From assembly GCA_013388985.1 (NCBI GenBank), contig JACAEF010000024.1, positions 8,370 to 72,369 of the forward strand: DNA of 64,000 nucleotides. The letters run 5' to 3'. This document shows, in pieces, positions 10,655 to 20,522 of this stretch (positions are counted from its first letter, which is position 1; each line of letters starts with the position of its first letter). Source of the DNA: Rhodocyclaceae bacterium (GTDB lineage: Bacteria; Pseudomonadota; Gammaproteobacteria; Burkholderiales; Rhodocyclaceae). Under the pieces are notes generated by a model. It worked only from the letters and a program-made list of their open reading frames with translations, was not told where the DNA came from and did no database searches. Made by a program: the position numbers and the translations under genes.

Positions 10655-11590
10655 ATGGAGAACCGTGCCCATGCGCTGCTGGCCGGCCTGTTCACGCTGG
10701 TCTTCCTGATCGCGGCCGCGCTGGCCGTCTGGTGGCTGGGCGGCAGCGGCGAAAAGACGCACGTCTATCTGCTGGAGACGCGCGGCAACGTCAGCGGCCT
10801 GAACCTCGAAGCGCAGGTGCGCTACCGCGGCATTCGCGCCGGCAAGGTCAAGGAGATCTATACCGATCCCGACGACCCAGCCAAGCTGCTGGTGAAGATC
10901 GTCCTCGGCCGCCAGTACCGGCTCACCGACAAAACCATCGCGCGCCTTGCCCATCAGGGCGTGACCGGCATCGCCTATGTGATGCTCGAAGAGGCCGGTT
11001 CGCAGGGTAAACCGCTCGAGCCGAACGACGCCGCGCCGCCCCGGCTGCCGCTGCAGCCGGGGCTGCTCGACAGCCTGGGACAGCGGGCGGGCGACATCAC
11101 CGGCCAGCTGGCCGAGCTCGTCACGCGCCTGAACCGGGTGTTCGACGAGCGCAACCTGCGCAACCTGCAGCAGGCGCTCGACAACCTCGCCGCGTCTTCC
11201 GAGAGCCTGAAAGCCCTGCCGGTGATCATGGCCAACCTGAAGAGCGCCCTGTCGCAGGAAAATCTCGGCCGCCTGAATGCGCTGCTCGCCCATCTCGAAA
11301 GCGCGACGGGCGAGGCGGCGCCGCTCGCCGCCGAAGCGCGGCGACTGGTGTCGACGCTCGATGGTCTGGCGCAGCGTCTCGACGCGCTGGCAGTGACGGC
11401 CGGCACGCTCGGCGAGCGTCTGGACGCCACGACCCTGCCCCGCGCCGAGCAGCTGATCCAGGAGGCCGCCGCCGCGACGCGCCGCCTCGACCGGCTGATC
11501 GAGATGCTCAACGACAGACCACAGGCTTTGTTGTTCGGTCCGCCCGCAGCAGTGCCCGGGCCGGGCGAGCGCGGCTTTGCAAAGGAATGA
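10655..11590 (+). CDS. MCE/MlaD-family periplasmic substrate-binding protein
   Basis: N-terminal TM anchor, MCE-domain-like segment (GLNLEAQVRYRGIRAGKVKEIY), and a long helical C-terminus. Sits after the MlaE/F-like genes. Confidence 0.75.
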   Translation: MENRAHALLAGLFTLVFLIAAALAVWWLGGSGEKTHVYLLETRGNVSGLNLEAQVRYRGIRAGKVKEIYTDPDDPAKLLVKIVLGRQYRLTDKTIARLAHQGVTGIAYVMLEEAGSQGKPLEPNDAAPPRLPLQPGLLDSLGQRAGDITGQLAELVTRLNRVFDERNLRNLQQALDNLAASSESLKALPVIMANLKSALSQENLGRLNALLAHLESATGEAAPLAAEARRLVSTLDGLAQRLDALAVTAGTLGERLDATTLPRAEQLIQEAAAATRRLDRLIEMLNDRPQALLFGPPAAVPGPGERGFAKE

Positions 11591-11594
11591 GACG

Positions 11595-12200
11595 ATGCGT
11601 CTATGGATGCTTGCGGTGATGGTGTTCCTGCTCGCCGGTTGCGTCGGCAGCACGCCCCGAGCCCCGGCGATCGCGCGACATGACCTCGGCGATCCTGCCG
11701 GCCGCTGGTCAGAGAACGCGATCGTGATCCGCGACGTGGAGGTGCGTGCCGCGCCGTGGCTCGATTCGCCGGCGCTGCTCTACCGGCTGGCCGATACGGC
11801 GCCGCTGCGTCGCCAGAGCTACGCCGAAAGCCGCTGGGTGGCGCCGCCGGGCGAATTGCTCGAACGCTGGCTGGAACGGCTCATCCTGCCGGTGCAGCCG
11901 GCCGGCGAGGCCAGTGGCGGCTGCCGCCTCGTCCTCTGGCTCGACGAGCTCGAACAGCGATTCGGGTCTCCCCGCGCGAGCGAGGTGGTGCTTTTCGCCC
12001 GCGCCGGCCTTTGGCGCGGCAAGCGCATCCTCGCCCAGCAGACGGTGCAGATCGTGCGGCCGGCGCCGACGCCGGACAGCGCCGGGGGGGTCCAGGCGAC
12101 GCGCGCGGCGGCGGAAGCGCTGGCCGAAGCGCTCGCGCAGTGGCTGGGCGAGCGCCGACAGCAGGAACCTGCACTCGTGTCGGTCTGCGCGGGGCGTTGA
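11595..12200 (+). CDS. ABC-transport auxiliary lipoprotein (DUF330/PqiC/YmbA-like)
   Basis: Signal peptide with lipobox (MRLWMLAVMVFLLAGC). Typical position after an MCE gene. RBS AAGGAA lies 7 nt upstream of the chosen ATG. Confidence 0.6.
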   Translation: MRLWMLAVMVFLLAGCVGSTPRAPAIARHDLGDPAGRWSENAIVIRDVEVRAAPWLDSPALLYRLADTAPLRRQSYAESRWVAPPGELLERWLERLILPVQPAGEASGGCRLVLWLDELEQRFGSPRASEVVLFARAGLWRGKRILAQQTVQIVRPAPTPDSAGGVQATRAAAEALAEALAQWLGERRQQEPALVSVCAGR

Positions 12201-12224
12201 AAGTCGGCGCTGGCGGCACGGCAC
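12199..12224 (-). repeat. Dispersed intergenic repeat, copy 2 (GTGCCGTGCCGCCAGCGCCGACTTTC on minus strand)
   Basis: Read directly. Fills the gap between the convergent stop codons at 12200 and 12235. Confidence 0.85.
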
Positions 12225-12234
12225 CCGCGCCGGT

Positions 12235-12600
12235 TCAGCGCCGCTTCTTTTCCAGCGCCGCGGCGGCCTGCTTCTTGGTCTTCGGCGCTGCCACCCTGCG
12301 GCGGCGGGGCTTCGGTGCTTCCTCGCCTTCGGGCTTCGGACGCCAGAGGATCAGGATGTTGCCGATGCTCTGCACCGGCGCGCAGTCGAGCTCGGCGCAG
12401 ATTTCGCTCAGCAGCGCGGCGCGGTCGTCGCGCTCGATGCCGTGGAGCTTGACCTTGATCAGCGCGTGGGCTTTGAGCGAGACGTCGATTTCCTTCAGGA
12501 CGTTCGGCGTCAGCCCATTGCCGGCGATCGCGACGGTGGGTTGCAGGTGATGCGCGGCGGCGCGCAAGGCGCGGCGCTCGGTGGGGGATAATTCGATCAT
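12235..12600 (-). CDS. yhbY: YhbY-like CRM-domain RNA-binding protein
   Basis: LRAAAHHLQPTVAIAGNGLTPNVLKEID...HALIKVKL pattern, basic C-terminal tail, and the conserved divergent position next to rlmE. Confidence 0.8.
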   Translation of the reverse strand: MIELSPTERRALRAAAHHLQPTVAIAGNGLTPNVLKEIDVSLKAHALIKVKLHGIERDDRAALLSEICAELDCAPVQSIGNILILWRPKPEGEEAPKPRRRRVAAPKTKKQAAAALEKKRR

Positions 12601-12613
12601 GGACGGATTCTAG

Positions 12614-13249
12614 ATGAGCTGGACGACGAAGCAGAAAAAAAAGAGCAAGGCGTGGATGCGCGAGCACGTCAATGATCCTTACGTGCAGCAGGCGCAGAAG
12701 GAGGGTTGGCGCTCGCGCGCGGTGTTCAAGCTCAAGGAGATCGACGAGAAGGATCATCTGCTCAAGCCCGGCATGACGGTCGTCGACCTGGGGGCCACAC
12801 CCGGCAGCTGGTGCCAGTATGCCGTGAAGCGCATCCAGCCCGGCGGGAGGATCATCGCCCTCGACCTCCTGGATTTCGCGCCGCTTCCCGGCGTCGAGTT
12901 CATCCAGGGCGATTTCCGCGACGCGGCGGTGCTGGAACGGCTGGAGTCGGCCCTGGCGGGACGGCAGGTCGACCTTGTTTTGTCCGACATGGCCCCCAAC
13001 ATGACGGGTATCGCGGCGACGGACAGCGCGCAGGTCCTTTATCTGGCCGAGCTGACGCTCGATTTCGCGCGTCGGCATCTGAAACCCGGTGGCGATCTGC
13101 TGGTCAAAGTTTTCCAAGGTGCCGGCTTCATGGAGCTGCGGCGTGAGATGCAGGCGGCCTTCGAGACGCTGGCGACGCGCAAGCCGGCCGCATCGAGGGA
13201 TCGCAGCGCGGAGTTGTACCTGCTGGCGAGAAAGAAGCGGTTGACATAG
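12614..13249 (+). CDS. rlmE: 23S rRNA 2'-O-ribose (U2552) methyltransferase RlmE/FtsJ
   Basis: [36 protein letters not shown] (FtsJ SAM-binding region), 211 aa, upstream of ftsH. Confidence 0.9.
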   Translation: MSWTTKQKKKSKAWMREHVNDPYVQQAQKEGWRSRAVFKLKEIDEKDHLLKPGMTVVDLGATPGSWCQYAVKRIQPGGRIIALDLLDFAPLPGVEFIQGDFRDAAVLERLESALAGRQVDLVLSDMAPNMTGIAATDSAQVLYLAELTLDFARRHLKPGGDLLVKVFQGAGFMELRREMQAAFETLATRKPAASRDRSAELYLLARKKRLT

Positions 13250-13284
13250 AATCGGCCGCGATCGTGTGAAAGAGAGGCAAGCGC

Positions 13285-15171
<1,887 letters not shown>

Positions 15172-15183
15172 AGAACGAGCAAG

Positions 15184-15209
15184 GGAACGGGAGCATGAGC
15201 GCCCGTTCC
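15184..15209 (+). terminator. Hairpin after ftsH (GGAACGGG-N10-CCCGTTCC) without a U-tract
   Basis: 8-bp perfect stem read directly, 13 nt after the ftsH stop. There is no T-run, so terminator function is uncertain. Confidence 0.3.
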
Positions 15210-15229
15210 GGCTTGACGAAACCGTTCGG

Positions 15230-15255
15230 GTGCCGTCCCGCCAGCGCCGAATTTT
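15230..15255 (+). repeat. Dispersed intergenic repeat, copy 3 (GTGCCGTCCCGCCAGCGCCGAATTTT)
   Basis: Read directly. Lies 59 nt after the ftsH stop and 15 nt before the next start. Confidence 0.85.
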
Positions 15256-15270
15256 TACGACGGCCGGGGC

Positions 15271-15666
15271 ATGAGCTCCGCGACAGCGTTTGGCCCCTTG
15301 GTGCGCCCGCGGCTCTATCTCGGCGGGGAACTGTCGCTCGGTCCCGGCAAGATCGACCTGCTGCGCAAGGTCGGCGAGACGGGCTCGATCAGCGCGGCGG
15401 CGCGCGCGCTCGGCGTGCCCTACAAGCGTGCCTGGCTGCTGATCGATACCTTGAATCGCGGCTTCCCTTCCGCCGTGCTGGAAACCGCGGCAGGCGGCAG
15501 GGCGGGCGGCGGGGCGCGGCTCACGCCCTTGGGCGAGGCGCTGGTCGCGGCCTATGACGCGCTGGAAACGAAACTCAACGTCTCGGCGCAAAGCGAGATC
15601 GCCGCGATCATGCGGCTGGTGGAAAGCCCCGTCGCCGTAGCGCCGCGATCACGCCGGCGGCGATAG
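15271..15666 (+). CDS. ModE N-terminal-domain-like winged-helix regulator (no Mop domains)
   Basis: LGPGKIDLLRKVGETGSISAAARALGVPYKRAWLLIDTLN matches the ModE/LysR-type wHTH of ModE N-domains. At 131 aa it lacks the molybdate-binding di-Mop part. Confidence 0.6.
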   Translation: MSSATAFGPLVRPRLYLGGELSLGPGKIDLLRKVGETGSISAAARALGVPYKRAWLLIDTLNRGFPSAVLETAAGGRAGGGARLTPLGEALVAAYDALETKLNVSAQSEIAAIMRLVESPVAVAPRSRRRR

Positions 15667-16411
15667 CCGCCGGGCGGGCGCCGACGCCGAACACCGGCGT
15701 GCCTTCGGGCACGACCTCGACGCACTTCGTGCCGGGTTTGATGCGTACGCCATCGTGCGTGAGGCCACGCAGGATGCCCGGCTTGGGCGCCGGGATCGGC
15801 TGCCCGTCGAGGTGGGCGACGATCTCGCCAGCGGCGACGGCCTGGCCGATCCGATAGGTCGTGTGGAAGACGCCCGCGGCCGGCGCATAGACGTAACGTT
15901 CGCGGCCATAGCCGCCGATCGGTTTGGGTTCGCCGCCGAAAGCGCTGGTGGGGCCCGCTTCGATCACAGCGCCGAGCGTGTCTCCCCAGGCGGTTTCGAT
16001 GGCGAGATCGACGTTGCCACCGGCGACGAAATTCGGGCCGAGGCCGATCACCCGCGGTGCGCGGCCGCGTTGATCCTCGGGCAGCGCGCGTTTGCGCATG
16101 CGCGCATCGATCCAGACGGCCGGCGCCAGCGCCGGGGCAAAGTCATCGACGGCCTGCAAGGTGAGGGCGATTTCGCCGGCTCGCGCCTGTTCCGCCCAGG
16201 AAAGCGGCTCGGCCGTCAGGCGCGCGGTCTCGCCTTCGAGCCGGGCTTCGCCGTCGAATGCGGCATCGGCGAACGACTGGCCGCGGCGCGGAACCGCTGG
16301 CGCCGGCGCTTCGACCATCAACACGGCCAGACCATGACGGGCGAGTTCGAGCGCCACGGCCGAGGCCACGTCATTGACGCCGCGTACCAGGGCGATCGGG
16401 ACCGACATCAC
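15608..16411 (-). CDS. YqeB/EF2563-family protein (molybdenum-hydroxylase / Mo-cofactor accessory family)
   Basis: The N-terminus IALVRGVNDVASAVALELARHGLAVLMVEAPAPAVPRRGQSFADAAFDGEARLEG resembles the short YqeB-family pattern. Translationally coupled to the upstream ABC ATPase (4-nt overlap). Confidence 0.5.
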   Translation of the reverse strand: MMSVPIALVRGVNDVASAVALELARHGLAVLMVEAPAPAVPRRGQSFADAAFDGEARLEGETARLTAEPLSWAEQARAGEIALTLQAVDDFAPALAPAVWIDARMRKRALPEDQRGRAPRVIGLGPNFVAGGNVDLAIETAWGDTLGAVIEAGPTSAFGGEPKPIGGYGRERYVYAPAAGVFHTTYRIGQAVAAGEIVAHLDGQPIPAPKPGILRGLTHDGVRIKPGTKCVEVVPEGTPVFGVGARPAAIAAGVIAALRRRGFPPAA

Positions 16412-17475
16412 GCCCCTTTCCTGAGGCAGAAAATGTCCTGGGCCGGCAGGCCGACCATGCCGGGCATGCCAGCCCGATAGCCGAACTTACGCAGGATGCG
16501 GCTGCCGCAGCGCGCTTCGAGCAGCGTCCCGCCGTCGGTGCGAAAGTGCAGCAGCGCCGCCTCGCCGAGATCGATCGCCGCCTCGAAGCGGCCGGAAAGC
16601 CGGGTTTCACCCGCGCGCGGCGGATCGCCGGCTTGTCGCAGCGCGACGTGCTCGGGACGGATCGCGACGAGCAGCTCGGCTCCCGATGGATCGTCGCCTC
16701 CAACCGGCAGGCGGCCGCCGAGCGCCGGACAGTCGACGCCGTGCGCATCGAGCCTGCGCGCTGCAAACAGATTCTTGAGACCGAGGAAACGCGCCACCGC
16801 CTCGCTCGCAGGGCGGCGATAGACCGTTGCCCGATCGCCGCTTTGCTCCTGCCGCCCGTCGATCAGAACCGTGATGTGGTCGGCGAGGAAGTGGGCTTCG
16901 GCGAGATCGTGCGTGACGATCATCACCGTCAAACCCCGCTCCTTTTGCAGCGCCTTGACGAGCCACCATAGCTCGCGGCGCAGGCTCTCGTTCAAGGCCG
17001 TGAACGGTTCGTCAAGCAGCACCAGGCGCGGATTCGCCACGAGCGCGCGCACCAGCGCGACGCGTTGGCGTTCCCCGCCGGAAAGGGTGGCGGTGCGGCG
17101 ATCGAGCAGCGTGTCGATACCCGTGACTTCGACCAGCCGGTCGAGCAGCGGCCGGTATTCGGCTTCTGGCACGCGGCGGGCGCGGGCGCCATAGCGCAGG
17201 TTGTCGATGACCGAAAGGTGCGGAAACAGGCCGAGCTGTTGCGGCACATAGCCGAGCTGGCGACGCTCGGTCGGCAGCTTCGTGATGTCCGCGCCGGCGA
17301 GCCGGATGCACCCGGTGGTCACGGGCAGCGTTCCCAGCACGGCGGCGAGCAGGGTGCTTTTGCCCGAGCCCGAGGGGCCGAGCACGGCATGACATTCACC
17401 GGCGGCGATCGAGAGCGCGATGTCGGCGAGCCGGAATGTCCCGGCCTGCGCGCCCAGTCCCTCGATCTCAAGCAT
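16408..17475 (-). CDS. Molybdate/tungstate-type ABC transporter ATP-binding protein
   Basis: Walker A GPSGSGKST, LSGGERQRVALVRAL, VLLDEPFTALN, plus a C-terminal TOBE-like extension. Follows the permease and binding-protein genes. Confidence 0.8.
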   Translation of the reverse strand: MLEIEGLGAQAGTFRLADIALSIAAGECHAVLGPSGSGKSTLLAAVLGTLPVTTGCIRLAGADITKLPTERRQLGYVPQQLGLFPHLSVIDNLRYGARARRVPEAEYRPLLDRLVEVTGIDTLLDRRTATLSGGERQRVALVRALVANPRLVLLDEPFTALNESLRRELWWLVKALQKERGLTVMIVTHDLAEAHFLADHITVLIDGRQEQSGDRATVYRRPASEAVARFLGLKNLFAARRLDAHGVDCPALGGRLPVGGDDPSGAELLVAIRPEHVALRQAGDPPRAGETRLSGRFEAAIDLGEAALLHFRTDGGTLLEARCGSRILRKFGYRAGMPGMVGLPAQDIFCLRKGA

Positions 17476-18235
17476 GGACGCTCCGCGACAATAGCCAGCG
17501 CGCGACGAACAGGGCGGACAGGCCGAGGGCGACGAGGATCAGGATCAATGCCACCGTGCCCTCGATGTCGGCGGAAGACAGGCGCATGAAGATCGCGATC
17601 GGCAGCGTCTCGGTGCGCATCGCCATCGAGCCCGCGACCATCAGCGTCGCGCCGAATTCGCCCAGCGCCTTGGCCCAGGTGAGGATGAAGGCGGCGACGA
17701 GCCCGTTCTTCGCCAGCGGCAGCGTGACGGTGAAGAACGCATGACGGGGCGAGGCGCCGAGTGTGCGGGCGACGGTTTCCAGCTCTCTGGGCACTTCGTC
17801 GAAGGCGGCCTTGAGCATGCGCACGGCGAGGCCGAGCACGGTGATGAACTGCGCCAGCACGATGCCGGCGAAGCCGAAGACGAAATGGAATAGATGCTCC
17901 TGGAGCCACTCGCCGAGCGGGTTGTTGAAGAAGATCAGGATGATCGCGCCCAGCGCCGCCGGCGAGACGATGATCGGGAATTCGAGCACCGTCTCCGCGG
18001 CCTCCTTGCCGGGGAAGCGGTAACGCGATAGCGCGTAGGCGGCGGGAATCGCCAGCAGCAGCGCAATCGCCGTGGCGACGGTGGCTGCCATGAGCGACAG
18101 CCGGATCGAGAAGAAGCTGCGCTCGGACAGGAGGGTGCGGGTAAACAGCGCGCCGTCGAAGAACCAGAACAGCGAGACGATCAGCCCGGCATAGATCGCC
18201 AGCACCGCGAGCGCCGCGACGATGCTGGCGCGCAT
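17468..18235 (-). CDS. Molybdate/tungstate-type ABC transporter permease (ModB/CysTW family)
   Basis: EAA-loop region ARTLGASPRHAFFTVTLPLAKNGLVAAFILTWAKALGEFGATLMVAG. Start set at MRASIVAALA, 5 nt after the upstream stop. Confidence 0.8.
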   Translation of the reverse strand: MRASIVAALAVLAIYAGLIVSLFWFFDGALFTRTLLSERSFFSIRLSLMAATVATAIALLLAIPAAYALSRYRFPGKEAAETVLEFPIIVSPAALGAIILIFFNNPLGEWLQEHLFHFVFGFAGIVLAQFITVLGLAVRMLKAAFDEVPRELETVARTLGASPRHAFFTVTLPLAKNGLVAAFILTWAKALGEFGATLMVAGSMAMRTETLPIAIFMRLSSADIEGTVALILILVALGLSALFVARWLLSRSVHA

Positions 18236-18240
18236 CCCTT

Positions 18241-19122
18241 TCACTGCTTCGTCACCTTCTTCGGATCGACGGTGGCGCGCAGATCCAGCCATTCCTTGGG
18301 CACGACGTATTCGCCGCCGACGGGTTTCACCGCGCCGATCCACTTGAAAGCGGCCTCGGGTTCGGCGAAGTAGTGATACTTCGCGTAGATCGCCTGGCCT
18401 TCCTTGCCGGTGACGAAGTCGATGAACTGCTGGGCGAGCTTCGGCTGCTTGCTGAACTTCGCAATGGCGATCGGAATGTAGCCGATGCGCGGGATCATTT
18501 CCTTCGGCAGCGGGATGGTCTCGATGCGCTCCGGATCCCAGTATTGGAAGACGCGCCAGCCGATCACCGCGTCGGCGAGTTTGAGCTGGATTGCCGTCGC
18601 GGTCTGCTCGCAGGAACCGGTGTAGTTCTTGATGTTGGCCTTGAGCTGCTCGCGCTCTGCCTTGGTCAGCTCTTTCTCGAAGATCTCGACCGCGTAGGCG
18701 CCGACGCAGACGCCTTCGGGATTGGCGATCGCCACGCGCAGCCCGGGTTTGAGCAGGTCCTTCAAGCCCTTGATGTTGTGGGGGTTGCCCTTCTGCACGT
18801 TGATCGCCGGCACGACATAGACGATGATCTTCTCGGTCTCGGGCAACACGAGACCTTCGCGCTTGGCGACTTCCATGTAGTCGGACGAGCCGGGAAAGTA
18901 GAGATCGCCCTGCCGGGCGAGCTTCATCTGCGAGAGCACGTAGCCCGAGCCGCCGAAGACGACGTCGACCTTGACGCCGGTCTTCTGTTCGAAGGCCTTC
19001 GCCGCTTCGGTGGTGGGCGGCACCGTCGCGGCGCCGGCGAAGATCAGCAGGGATTCGGCGGCGGTCGCGGTCAAGGCCGACAGGCCGAGGGCGAGCGCAG
19101 TCAAGATGTGGCGCAGTTTCAT
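18241..19122 (-). CDS. Periplasmic molybdate/tungstate-binding protein (ModA/WtpA-like)
   Basis: Signal peptide MKLRHILTALALGLSALTATA, PBP fold (LLIFAGAA...VVFGGSG), first gene of the ABC operon. The ORF extension upstream of Met78 covers the intergenic repeat and was trimmed. Confidence 0.7.
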   Translation of the reverse strand: MKLRHILTALALGLSALTATAAESLLIFAGAATVPPTTEAAKAFEQKTGVKVDVVFGGSGYVLSQMKLARQGDLYFPGSSDYMEVAKREGLVLPETEKIIVYVVPAINVQKGNPHNIKGLKDLLKPGLRVAIANPEGVCVGAYAVEIFEKELTKAEREQLKANIKNYTGSCEQTATAIQLKLADAVIGWRVFQYWDPERIETIPLPKEMIPRIGYIPIAIAKFSKQPKLAQQFIDFVTGKEGQAIYAKYHYFAEPEAAFKWIGAVKPVGGEYVVPKEWLDLRATVDPKKVTKQ

Positions 19123-19139
19123 GGTGCGGGGCTCCCGTG

Positions 19140-19171
19140 GTTTCGTTGTGTCAATAATAACATAACGAAAC
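19140..19171. promoter_or_regulatory. Inverted repeat GTTTCGTT-N16(AT-rich)-AACGAAAC upstream of the Mo/W binding-protein gene (candidate ModE-type operator)
   Basis: Read directly, 18-49 nt upstream of the ATG at 19122. The inner sequence cgTTGTGT..ACATAAcg is reminiscent of the E. coli ModE operator (CGnTATAT-N-ATATAnCG). Confidence 0.4.
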
Positions 19172-19190
19172 GGACGGACGACTCGCAGGG

Positions 19191-19216
19191 GTGCCGTGTC
19201 GCCAGCGCCGACTTTC
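19191..19216 (+). repeat. Dispersed intergenic repeat, copy 4 (GTGCCGTGTCGCCAGCGCCGACTTTC)
   Basis: Read directly. Lies between the hypothetical-gene stop (19232) and the binding-protein start (19122). Confidence 0.85.
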
Positions 19217-19231
19217 AGCAGGTCTTTCCGA

Positions 19232-20401
19232 TTACTCAGCCGGCCACTGGGCAGTGGCGATGCCCGTGCCGAGATCGGCCTCGACCAGCCGGCGGCGCAC
19301 TTCGAGCAATTGTTCGAGCAGTGCCGGCTCGCTGCGGGCGTAGGCCGCCGCATCCGGCACCCGCTTGACGACCACGCCGAGCAGCTCGGTGATCGCGTTG
19401 CCGATCGAGTTCTGGCTGATCGTCACGATCAGATCGCCGTTGTCATTGCGATAGATGAGTTGCTTGAAGGCCGGCTGCCAGCGGATCGCATTCGCATATT
19501 TCGCATCCTTGATGCAACGGTCGCGCACCATCTTCGCCGCCTTGAGGAAGTCGTTGTCGAACAGCAGCTTCTCCTCGACGAGGGTCGGGAAATGCAAATC
19601 GCGCGGCGGCGGCGAATTGCGCGTGCTCACCTGGCCGAAGAAGGTGCGGTAGAAGTCGAGGAAGCCCTTGAGCAGCGTGTCGTAGTCGCGCCAGAACGCC
19701 ACTTCCCTGAGCGCCGCCGCGCCGCCGGGCACGCCCCAGCTCGGCAGGCCCTGCGGATAGCCGGTGAGCGAGAGGCGGCATTCGCCCTTGTCGCAGGGCT
19801 TGAGGATGCGGAAATCGAGCGCGTCGAAGAAGGCGCGATAGACCTCGCGCATGTGGGCCTGGAACAGCGAGTTCTGGCCGCCGTCGGTCAGGTTCGGGTT
19901 GTTCGGGTCGGCCAGGGGCGCGGCGGCGAGCTCGTGCTTGTCGAAGACCATGAAATGGTTGTGCAGCATGCGGATCGAGGGCACGCCGGGCGAGGTGAGC
20001 GGCCAGGTGGCATCGAGACTCGCTTCGCCGGCGAGCAGCAGATACCGTTCGGGATCGGGATAGCGTTCCAGCATGAAGGCGATGAGGATCTGGTTCATCC
20101 GGTTCCAGACATGCTTGACGGCATCGGGCACCTGGGTGCGCCTCACCGGTCGGCCGAGCGGGTCGAGGATCTGCTGCGAGGTGTTGTAGATGATCGAGGT
20201 GTCGAACAGGTTGCTGTGGCCGAGCGCCTTGCGATACAGCAGCAGCCCTTCCGGGTTCTGCAGCAGGCCGTTGTTGTGCACCAGGTCGTTGAGATTCTCG
20301 GCGCTGTTGAAGAACTCGTTCGGCGCCATGCCCTCCGGCACCTCGAGGGGAATGGGACGGAACGGGGTGACGATTTCGCGTGGACCGCACTGGGGGGACA
20401 T
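19232..20401 (-). CDS. Hypothetical protein, 389 aa, no family recognised
   Basis: Long ORF with normal amino-acid composition for this genome, unlike the Arg/Ala/Pro-rich shadow ORFs. Contains a ...SIRMLHNHFMVF... (HxHx) segment. No signal peptide or TM helices seen. Confidence 0.6.
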   Translation of the reverse strand: MSPQCGPREIVTPFRPIPLEVPEGMAPNEFFNSAENLNDLVHNNGLLQNPEGLLLYRKALGHSNLFDTSIIYNTSQQILDPLGRPVRRTQVPDAVKHVWNRMNQILIAFMLERYPDPERYLLLAGEASLDATWPLTSPGVPSIRMLHNHFMVFDKHELAAAPLADPNNPNLTDGGQNSLFQAHMREVYRAFFDALDFRILKPCDKGECRLSLTGYPQGLPSWGVPGGAAALREVAFWRDYDTLLKGFLDFYRTFFGQVSTRNSPPPRDLHFPTLVEEKLLFDNDFLKAAKMVRDRCIKDAKYANAIRWQPAFKQLIYRNDNGDLIVTISQNSIGNAITELLGVVVKRVPDAAAYARSEPALLEQLLEVRRRLVEADLGTGIATAQWPAE

Positions 20402-20522
20402 GGCGCCTCCGAAGTCGAAAGCGGCAAATTATCGGGCAATCGCACTGGATTGGCTTGGCGCGCCGCAGCATCGCCATGCGCTGAACGGGTAGGCGTGAGG
20501 AGGGAAGCTATACTGAGTCGAT

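Noticed and set aside
20402-20522. Checked the mgtA upstream region for an Mg2+-sensing leader (M-box, or an mgtL-type proline-rich leader peptide). Also checked the Mo-related 5' regions (19123..19231, 27706..27962) for a Moco riboswitch.
   Set aside because: The regions are short (about 110-250 nt), and I could not recognise the conserved cores of these RNA families by eye. A covariance-model scan would be needed to exclude them.
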